Below, one piece after another: positions 54,316 to 64,000 of a stretch of DNA of 64,000 nt. Within the stretch, counting starts at the first letter, position 1, and each line of letters opens with the position of its first letter. Position numbers and translations under genes: made by a program. The notes beneath the pieces are model-generated. The model saw only the letters and a list, made by a program, of their open reading frames with translations, was not told the DNA's origin and ran no database searches. The DNA comes from Kudoa neothunni. Lineage: Eukaryota; Animalia; Cnidaria. The stretch spans positions 8,605,904 through 8,669,903 of the forward strand of contig OZ199838.1 of assembly GCA_964304625.1 (NCBI GenBank). Direction: 5' to 3'.

Positions 54316-55715
54316 CTAGCGCTAAAGTCCCGCTTCAATTAAAAAAAGTTAATTAAATCAAGGCACCCGGCTCCACCTCATAATGAGATTATTTAATTGG
54401 AAAAACTGAAAAAGATACAAAGTAATCTTTATCTTTAAACTGACCCGCCGTTAAAGTATTAAACTCGAATTTTGATCACAGTTTCGTTCTTTTGGTGACA
54501 ATGTTAATCGAAATAAACAATAATATCCCCGTCCTCTTCACTTTCTCCTTTGAGCCTACTTTATTTTCGTTTAAAAATCAGCAGATCTCACAAATCATGT
54601 AGTGTATTAATCGTTTTAACTAACCTCAAGGACAGGGGTCTGGAACCTTTTTTTGATGAGAGAGCCACAAAGGCCATAAATTTGTTAAAAACTAATTCCA
54701 TGAGAGCCATACAACATGTTTACAATTAAAAAATGTACATATGCGTGTTTTACATAATCCCAACACTTTACAGTAAAACAAGTCATTAAATTCTTTTTAA
54801 TTACATTGTTACGCTATTGTTAATCAATGATGATTATTTCTCATCATCATTGCGATTTCTGATTCTGCATGATTTTGCATATGATTTGTAATATGGGTGG
54901 TACGTGGTAATATTAAGTTTCATGCAGGTGTTGAGACTTCAATCAGTTAAACATGACCATAATTTAGTCTTCATGTCTTTTAGATGTAGAACGACTGCTC
55001 ACATGCATACGTAGAGCCAATCGTTCCCATTACAACAATATTCGTACGCTGCAGTGTGATGCAGCAGGTAACCGATTTTCCGTAGTGACTGTTTCGCATA
55101 TTTCCCAAGAAGTTTAACGGAGCATTTTTTTAAATTGAAAATTTATCTGCGAGCCATTGGTTCCGACCCCTGCTCTAGAAGAGCCAACTGATTTAAAAGC
55201 TTTTTTACAGTTTTATGCGTAGCGCAAAAGTGTTAACTTCATTCAAAATTCGTATAAGAAGGACTGAATACTTTATCTCGAATTAAACGTGCAAAGCAAA
55301 AAATTTGCCCATATGAATTAATCTCCAGTTAAGACAACATATCTTCGTTTATCCCAAGTTCCCCAACTACGCAAGAAAAAACGCTATAGAACGTCTTAAC
55401 TATGTTCTAAGTGTAGAAAAAGTAAAATTACAACACCATAATTGAATGTAGTAGTTTAAAGTTCAACGTAACCGCACTTTCGCTGAATCCATTAGCAAAT
55501 CACATGCAATGGTAATCTTATTATCATCAGCGCTAATCTGTATATTAAAAGTTTACACTACCAATTCACCACTTTATAGGCAATCACACAATCCCGTTGT
55601 ATTTTTGTAGTTAATTTTGTATTTTTTAAAGTATAATGAAAGGCTCAATTATTAGTAAAAGTCCCCGTATATGGAGAAGATTTGTTCACACACTACTACT
55701 GTATATATGTATAGA
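54316..55715 (-). mobile_element. Non-autonomous Helitron-like element (interrupted by a hAT MITE)
   Basis: a|ctagcgctaaagtcccgctt start resembles 7679; ...tatgtataga|t end; shares ~250 bp with 34310-34535. Confidence 0.55.
54633..55172 (-). mobile_element. hAT deletion derivative retaining the transposase C-terminus
   Basis: caggggtctggaacc / ggttccgacccctg; TSD ctcaagga/ctctagaa; GSTYACEQSF...CMKL remnant. Confidence 0.8.
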
Positions 55716-56028
55716 TTTTATTGAATTTAATTATTTCAACGACATTCCATATGAAGTTTTCTTTGTATTGAATTTAAGGAACGTTTAATATTATTAGATA
55801 ATTATTTTTAATGGATTAAATTTAATGAAAATGTATGTATAACTACTTTTTTTGTGTCAAAAATTTGACTCAACAAAATTTTTAACGCTTTCAGACCTGA
55901 AAATCCAGCAATAGGAATATATTTTTTTAATCACTGATAAATATCTAGTTTTATAAAAATAAAAAGTTAGTCGAAAATTTTGGGAATCCTCAATGAGGAC
56001 CTCCAACAACTAAAATGTTGCCATATGG

Positions 56029-57069
56029 CAAGAATGGACAAATCGCGGCTCGCAAGCCACGGGTGACTCTTGAAAAATTTTTGTTGAGTTGAATTGTTGT
56101 TAATTCAACCAGCGCATTAATTCGGAAACGTACAAAATTTAAGCTATCTAATCAAGTGAAGAAATGAACTCTTTAATTGTAAACTAGAGAATATTTTTGA
56201 TTCGAAAACATAGTTACAAACTATCATATAGTTTTATTATTTGATGCAAACTAGAATTATTACTAGTTTCATTGGGAATATAATTAGAACTAGTGTTTAT
56301 CCATTACCAAAGTGATAGATATCAAAATAATAAAACCCGTATCAAAGCTTTAAATATGATTCATAATTCCAGCTCACCAAGCAAATTTCGGTAATACATT
56401 CCAGAAATTAAACATTCAAAATTAAAAGAAATTTTCCTTAAACTTGTTTCTCTCATCGGAACAACTTATTTTTGTGAGTTTATTTATTCAACAATGAAGT
56501 TTGTAAAATCGAAGCATCGCGGATCCTTTCCTCACAAACAAATACCTGACGGAACTAATTTGTATAGCGCTAACAGCATACAAACCTGATGACCGTCAAC
56601 TCACTGATAATATAGAAACAAAAAAATTGTAACAGAAACAATTTCTAAAAATTTTTGTCGAAAGCATTAAATTATTGTTATTACTCAATTCCTGAATTTT
56701 TTATTTTATTTGTTGTCAGACTACCATTCCTGATTAAATATAAAATATATTTTAGTATTTTTGCGACCATTTCATAGAGAAAAAATTTCTTGGATCATTA
56801 ACTACTAATTTACCTTTTTGGAAAAACAATCGTAAATTATACTTGTAAAAATCATATGTAAGTTTTCCAACCATTAACTGAATAAGAAAAAAAATAAAAA
56901 CGTCATTTTTAGTTCTACAACATTTCATCTTAATATTTACCAACAATTTTCGAAAAATATAAATTTTAAATAAGGAAGAGGCATATAAATGATTTTAAAA
57001 CCTTGTGGCTCATGAAAATTTGGACAACCCTAAAGTTGACTCCTGATCTGAGCATGTCTGGCCAACCCT
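56029..57069. mobile_element. Degenerate hAT MITE
   Basis: Left ...cgcggctcgcaagcc subterminal motif and right ggccaaccctg; TSD not confirmed. Confidence 0.4.
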
Positions 57070-57289
57070 GCTTTATATATATAGGGTAGATATAGATTTA
57101 AACCAGTTTTAATCCAATTGTATTGAGGATAATCCTAGAATCGAACCCTTTTAATCCTCCCAGGGAATTTAAACCCGGTAAAATAAGCATTGTCTTTTTA
57201 CTTTTAGAGCTTTTCATGATGCCACAACCATCAGAATAATTTTATCCACCTCACTGATTATTAGAAGTTTCATAAATATTTGTCTATGA

Positions 57290-57369
57290 GGGAAAAAATT
57301 CGTCACACGTGCGTACTTATGGACACAGACAGACACACTGGCAGACAAAGGATTTTATTTATATATAGA
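57290..57369 (-). mobile_element. Helitron-like 5' end
   Basis: cacagacagacacactggcagacaaaggattttatttatatataga|t resembles 9140-9186. Confidence 0.5.
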
Positions 57370-57966
57370 TTTTTCTTCCTAAACTGACTTGTTTTTGTCT
57401 TAAAGTCAGGCCGGCGGTTTATCCAATGAGTGTTTAATAATAGTATTTTAATTTTATAAAGATGGGTTTCTATTTGATTAATCTAAATCTTCATTTTATA
57501 AATAATACTTACCATATGTATTAATGATCACAGACTTTTTGTTTGAGAATATTTCGCTTAACTTTATTTTGTTAATCCTACCGAAATGATTTTGTACTAA
57601 ACATATATGAAGTTGAATACGTGATAATAGATCAATTTAAAATTTCATCAAATTTCTTACTTTTATTTCTTCTTAATAACGACCATATGTTCAGTTGATA
57701 ATCAATTTTCAAGATACCATATTCAATACAAATCAATCTAACTCAAAATCCTAAATTATTGTCGATTTTATACATTAACCCTAGAAAGCTCAGTGAGCCC
57801 CTTTTTGGCCCAAAATTTAATTAAATGCTTATAAAATTATAGATTCTCTATATCACAAAATTAATGTTACACAAGTTATATCATAAATTTTGTGTAATTA
57901 CATTTACAGGAGTCAAAAAAATCTGTTCATATTAGTATGTTTTTTATCAGATTTTTCAAGAAGTTA

Positions 57967-59693
57967 CACAAAGGCTCAATGGGCCCCCTTTTTGGTCCAA
58001 GTATAAATTGATCAAATAAAGTCTCTTTATTATCGCAAAGAGTTCTTTTATAGTTTATTTAACTAAAAATTAAAAATTATCTTTTTTGTAATATTTTCAG
58101 GAATCTATAAATTTAATTCTTTATAATAAATTAATATTAATTTGAAAGAAACAAAGCTTTAATATGCTTAAAACTATTTATTCAAATCCTAATATACGAT
58201 ATTGATAACGGGACTTAAATAAGCGCGATGTAATGTTAGTTGTCGAATGTTTAAAAAGGAGATTAAGTTGTATGCATACAAGATGAGTTATTACAGTAAG
58301 TAACCAATTTCACGCACTTTTTTCGGGTACTTCTTGTTTATTATTTAGTTAAGTCAATGTTAAATGCCAACAAACTCATAAACAACATCTATTGTCGAAG
58401 AGTACAATATTACTAATTATTATGAAAGTCTTCAATCTAATGGCCCAAAAACTGCCACTGTATCACATTTTAAAATATCTATTATCCCGACTCCTAATGG
58501 CATCCTAGAGATGAAAAATAAAATAATCAAAACCAATAAATGTTTGTAGAATCTAAAAATAGAAATCATTTGCATGCAAGACAATTTAATTCTGTTGATG
58601 AAAATGTATATGAGTGGATTGGGTGGACACGAAGCAGAAATATTGTAGTAAGCGTCGCCACGGTAATTATCAAGAGAAATCAATTGGTCAAAGAAAAAGG
58701 TTTACCTTTGTGTGAAATTCATTGAGGGTTTCATTGATTTAAAAAAGGTCCAACATTAAAAAATCAAATCTTATTAACTAATCTACTGTTGCTGCACTTG
58801 AAACTACTTAGTAATAGACCAATTAAAAGATATTCTGAAAATTTTATTTACAATGTAGACGAAACAGCCTTATTCAACCGATAGCGACAAGAAGAGTATT
58901 TCATAGATCGTTGAAAAATATTTTTGTGTTATTAAAACATTTCTCGAGTTTTAATTATCGTGTAAAAATTAATATATAGTTAACTAGCCATTATAAACGC
59001 AACTTAATCATTAAATGCCAATTTTTTCTGAAATAATCGCGCGCGCAAGTGCGTGAAACTTGTCGTGACCGGTTTTACGCACTTTTTTTCTTGGTCCCGA
59101 GGGGATTACGTGAAATTGGTTTCTTACTGTATCATAATTTTTCAAAGCAATTCAATATAATTTAATAAAACCCAGGACGACGTATTATTTACGTAGTAAG
59201 GCCATATAGATGTTTCCATGGAGTTATGGTCGCCATCCAACAACAGGTTATCATCTTTGTCGATCCACAACTTCTGTATATTATGATCATATTATATAAA
59301 AAATGGTTTAACTCTGAAATATGTTTTGGAATGGAAGGTATCGAAGTCAAACGTATTATTCCCAACCATTGCAAATCTCGTGATGCATAAAACTTAATCT
59401 CCTTTTTAAACATTCGACAACTAACATTACATCGCGCTTATTTAAGTCCCGTTATCAATATCGTATATTAGGATTTGAATAAATAGTTTTAAGCATATTA
59501 AAGCTTTGTTTCTTTCAAATTAATATTAATTTATTATAAAGAATTAAATTTATAGATTCCTGAAAATATTACAAAAAAGATAATTTTTAATTTTTAGTTA
59601 AATAAACTATAAAAGAACTCTTTGCGATAATAAAGAGACTTTATTTGATCAATTTATACTTGGACCAAAAAGGAGGCCCATTGAGCCTTTGTG
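57967..59693. repeat. 311-bp near-perfect inverted repeat pair (57967-58277 / 59383-59693)
   Basis: Manual comparison finds only two mismatches, both near the arm ends. Confidence 0.92.
58294..59129 (+). mobile_element. Tigger deletion derivative (retains DBD-coding part)
   Basis: ta|cagtaagtaaccaatttcacgcac ... gtgaaattggtttcttactg|ta; VDENVYEWIGWTRSRNI and FYNVDETALF, then a deletion. Confidence 0.88.
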
Positions 59694-60344
59694 GAATTAT
59701 TTTTGATGAGTTTTCTAGGGTTAAGTGAAATGCTGCTTCAAATTGAAACAATTATACACTCATACACATTATTCATCTAATAAACGTTGAAAAAAACTTC
59801 AATAAATAGGATAATAATTTTCAAAAATAGAGTGTATAACATCGGAGGGACATTAACCAACAGAAGAACCAATGCTACTACATTTGGTAATTCATACCAT
59901 AGAAATCGTACGAGCTACAATAAATTTTTGCAGTTATAATAGTTTATTTTTTTATAAAGCTTATGTTATTATTTCTATGATCTATCAAATCAAAATTACA
60001 TTATGTAATGGTTAAATTTTCAATAACGGCCTTGAAAATTCCACCGCTTTATATTTCCCCAAAAATTTGAGATTATTTAGCAAAAAATCATTAATTCAAA
60101 AAATAAAGTTGAAATTTTTATTGACATGTTAGTTTAGGAGTAATTTCCTCCCGTTGCAATAGACAGTCTGAGCATGTGGATTAAACGGATCCGCTGCAAT
60201 AGCCACTGCCCAAAATAAATCGAATCAAACCACGTTGTCTATTTTATTTAAGACGCGTGCGCGTACAACATTCATCAAAGAAGCCCAATAATTAGAAGCA
60301 AACATTCAAAATATCCAGTAATATTTGTATATAGAAGTAGTGTA

Positions 60345-62303
60345 ATGAGGACATGCGTAACCGGAAAATTTATCCCAAGTAGAATCAATATTTCCCAATC
60401 AAACAGTTACCCTTATTTTAGTGTTTTTGAGTATCTTATGAATGGTATTAAAAGTTTCACACACGATTATAAAAATAATGAAATTGTATTTTTACGATTG
60501 CATTTTTAAATTGGATTGTTTTGATAAGAATCTTTCGGACACTATTGGGGACTATGTGAGGGAATATAATTGCGATCGTCTTATAATAAATGTGTATTCA
60601 AAATCGAACAAAAAAGAATACAGCGCCAGTTATGAGATAGTGTTATTTAGTAATGGTAGACAGTTGCATTCGTCGTTGCTACCTTGTAGAGTACGCTTTT
60701 GTTATGGTTTACATTTGTTGTGATGTGAAAACTAAAAATTTAGAAAAGTGAAATATTAGAATGGGTGGATTCAAAAAAAGTAATGTTATAATTTTTTTCT
60801 CTTGAATCAACAAATGTTTCAGGTGCATCCTATTCTTCAGGAATTTCTTAACAGTGAAAATGTGAATACACACATAGAATATCGAGCATTAATTTTATGT
60901 AAAAATTCGTCTAGTGCCCAATTTTATATCATGACGAGCACATAATTACTGAAATTACTGTTGTTATATTCAATGTAAATTCACGTAACTACGCAACCTC
61001 AGAATCAACGACAAAATTATTTTGTTTGCTCGAGAAAACTGATGATGTATAGTTGGAATTGTTTGATCGAATGTCACAGCTAATGCATAATTATTTTATT
61101 CAGGAGCAAATAAACGAATATTATAATGAGCTTTATTCGAATGAAAATCATAAAAATAATGCCGCCTATTATGTTCAACTTGTTAATCCATACTATTTAA
61201 GGTAGATTTTATGGTTGTGTTTGATGAAGATTATGGCACTTGTAGATTTTTATTTCACAATCAAATTGCTGTGGATGAATATTCTATCCAACCTTATAAA
61301 GTTGGAGTTGGTTATTTGATATCATTTGTTAAAAATTGTCTTCAAAATGGATACAACTTTGGTGATCAATACTCATGTGAATTTGAAGAGAGACACATGT
61401 TAAATAAGCTATATGATAAAATGACTAATCTTTCTCTGGCAAACAAGGTTGTCGTTAATATTTTATTGATATAAGCTGTGGTGATTTGTATTATAATATC
61501 AACGTGTAATATAGCCCTCGAATATTCTGAAGAACAAACTGTTAAATAAACGCAGAAAGGATGCCAACAAAGATGATCCATTCTATTATCATATTTTTCA
61601 TGAATCCGATAAACAACTCAGAAACAATTACTATGTTAAAATTGTTAAGAACAACTGCAACAATATATGTTCGCTGAGCGTCTACTATGTAAATAATTTT
61701 TATAGTATTTTTCGTCAACGTATTCGACCTGATGTGTAATAGTTTTGTTTCCTGTTACGTTTATTCGTAATAAATTGATTGAATTAATTTAGATATATCG
61801 AAGGATCTATCAGTTACATTGGCTCTATAATGCAGTCGATGCATAAAGTGGCAAGAGATTCTGGTTATTCTATGCTAAATGCTAATTTTTGTCAAGCACA
61901 TGCGTTTAATCGTAAATTTATAAACTTTTCTTATTGAGCTGATGGCTGATTTGGTTGACAATGTAGTGGCCACCCTAAAACAGAAGGAAACCAATTTGAG
62001 TCGGTCATTAATTGAATCTCCTAACACACGTTTGTTATCGGATGTATCATCTAATTCGTACCTACTTACAACGTCATTTTAATTTTATAGTTACTGGGAA
62101 TCAATACGATTGCGAATATAAAAAAACATATCAACACCACTGTGCTAAATCATCCTCCATCAGCTTCTCCTAGATTGTCCACTTCACAATCATTACCATC
62201 ACTTCAATTAATTTCTTATAGTAAATTCCTACCGGTTGATTCTAGTGTTAGAGATCTCACCTCAAACGATGACCTTAGTCGTAAACGGCGAAATAAACTT
62301 TAA
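60345..62303 (+). CDS. SPT20 (SUPT20H/FAM48A)-like SAGA complex subunit, divergent
   Basis: About 11 exons join in frame across short GT-AG introns. RLIINVY...LPCRKSEILEWVDSKKVHPILQEFL...LYHDEHIITEI...LLEKT aligns by eye with the Spt20 domain (LVVNLY...[25 protein letters not shown]...IFHCGCVIAEI...LLRPT). Ends with an NLS-like RKRRNKL*. Start codon uncertain. Confidence 0.72.
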
Positions 62304-63099
62304 GTTTTTTACATTCAGTTATCTATTTTCCCATTTCTAATTTGATCAGCTCGCCCAAATAGTAAACTTTAGTCTGAAAACACGTCGTTAACCTTTTCAT
62401 ACCTTATTTCTTCCAAGTTAATGTTTCGATACGGAAAATGTAAATAAACTCCAATTTCTCAAATTGATGACGATTTTTAAAATTATGTCCTATAATGCTT
62501 CATTCTTAATGCGAGATTTGGTTTACGTAAATTAATTTTTATATCTAATATTAATATCCATTAAATCGTGGAAAAATGCCGCGTGTTAACCTTCCAACTT
62601 TGTTGGGATGCGTATAACAAACTCATTTAGAATCAGATATAACTATTTTAAATTTTTGCGACAAAATTAAAATTATTATACAAGTAAACCGTTAAATATT
62701 ATGATATATTTATCACATACGAAGAATAGTATCGTCTTACAAACTATGCTAATGCAAGTTGTTCCAAGTTTATGAATAATTTTAATCATTACTACTACTA
62801 CTACTACTATTATTTTTTATTATAGATCAGGAGAGGCCAGACTTGCTTAAAATGGGAGTCATGTTTAATGGGCTCAAATTTTTCGGAGCCACAAGGAATA
62901 AAAAATATATTTTGGGGTTTTTTATTATCTTTATATTTCGTCGAAAAGTTTTTAATTAATAATGAATTAATGTTAAATTCATTCGTTCTTATTAATGATA
63001 ACTGCATGATCCTATGACTTTCAAAGTGTCCAAATAACTTTATGAGAAAAATTTAATGAAACAATAAGCCAAGTCTAAATCTTTCACGAGCCTCAGTTC

Positions 63100-63148
63100 A
63101 ACTTCCAAGAGCCATATGCGACTCGCGAGTCCCAGCTTGGCGACCGCT
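63100..63148. mobile_element. hAT right terminus
   Basis: gagccatatgcgactcgcgagtcccagcttggcgaccgctg|ttatagat, a Buster-type end; partner end not identified. Confidence 0.5.
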
Positions 63149-63888
63149 GTTATAGATTATTATGCATCTGAGGATACCATTAGAACGGGGATATTTTTCC
63201 TATGTTTAAATATTTTAATTCCAAGTGACACCATCGAAATGGAGAAATAATGTTTATAGAGTTTTTAAAAAATGGTTGTAAACATAAATCAAACAAAAAT
63301 TTTTAATAAATTCGGAAAGAAAATATATTAGCGATAAAGATTTGTATACTCCCAATACTATCTATTTATAAATTACCAGGAGTGAGCTAATCGCTTAATT
63401 CTATTATGTCGGATTAAACCCGAATTTCTTATTAAAATATTTCTTATGCTTTTAAAAAAGTTCCCAATATATAACAGAACCGTCTTGACAGTAATTACTG
63501 CAATTAGATTGTTTCATTGCGAAATTTAAAGAAAATGAGATATTTTTTGCGATTTTTGGAATCGGACGATTAAATTTTCATTGTGGATTACAACTAATTT
63601 TGTAAGCTATCTGTTCACGAGTACTTAAGGTTGTCAGGAAAATTCTGAGAATAACAGTGTTAATTTTTATTCGAGTGATTTAAATAAAAGTTTTTGGAAT
63701 GCTTAGTGTCATTAGGGTTTAAGTGTTGTAACAAAATACAACATTGGTTCAAATTAAAATCTAAATAGCGTTATATATCTGTTTTAAAGGGCGTTGCAAT
63801 TGAAGATGATGCCTCGTTATTTTAGGAAGTGTCTACTTGCCCTTGGAAAATTTTATCCCCTGTATGTTATGTATTTGAGACTATAACT

Positions 63889-64000
63889 CAGTGTTTCCCA
63901 TCGCGGGGCATGGAAATTTTTGAGCTTTTAATGAACGGCTCTGTTACGACGTGGAAAATCCTGAGCATTGATGTGACATAGATAATGGTGAGATAATTGG
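63889..64000. mobile_element. hAT left terminus running off the window
   Basis: ctataact|cagtgtttcccatcgcgggg. Confidence 0.55.

Larger units (their letters stand above)
57779..59720. mobile_element. piggyBac-type non-autonomous element with long internal inverted repeats
   Basis: ttaa|ccctagaaagctca ... tgagttttctaggg|ttaa. Confidence 0.88.

Noticed and set aside
7679-57369. Apparent same-strand bias of Helitron-like ends
   Set aside because: Small sample, and a possible opposite-orientation end (ggcgcgcgctagt) occurs at ~49163-49175.
1-64000. CRISPR arrays, rRNA, canonical tRNA, prokaryotic operons or an alternative genetic code
   Set aside because: None seen; the genes splice with GT-AG introns and translate under the standard code.

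Overview
AT-rich (roughly 25-30% GC by eye) eukaryotic, apparently animal, genomic DNA with very short GT-AG introns (mostly ~31-65 nt). Five host genes can be rebuilt by manual splicing: (1) a CENP-B/pogo HTH protein with a long Asn/Ser/Pro/His-rich tail and no DDE domain, probably a domesticated transposase DNA-binding domain (17.3-19.0 kb, -); (2) a small signal peptide + VWC (DGCR2/IDD-like) + TM protein (25.5-26.2 kb, +); (3) a multi-exon gene of unknown function with weak Maelstrom-like motifs (35.8-37.6 kb, +); (4) a Vreteno/TDRD1-like RRM-MYND-3xTudor piRNA-pathway gene (44.5-47.6 kb, -); (5) a divergent SPT20 homologue (60.3-62.3 kb, +). Most of the rest is a nested graveyard of transposons: pogo/Tigger, hAT (Buster/SPIN-like and others), piggyBac, Merlin, MULE, Helitron-like elements, Gypsy remnants and ~110-120 bp solo-LTR-like inserts. 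The most notable observations are the intron-containing DBD-only pogo-derived gene and a near-perfect 311-bp inverted repeat that is better conserved than the younger element nested between its arms. All family calls come from manual motif recognition; no searches were run.
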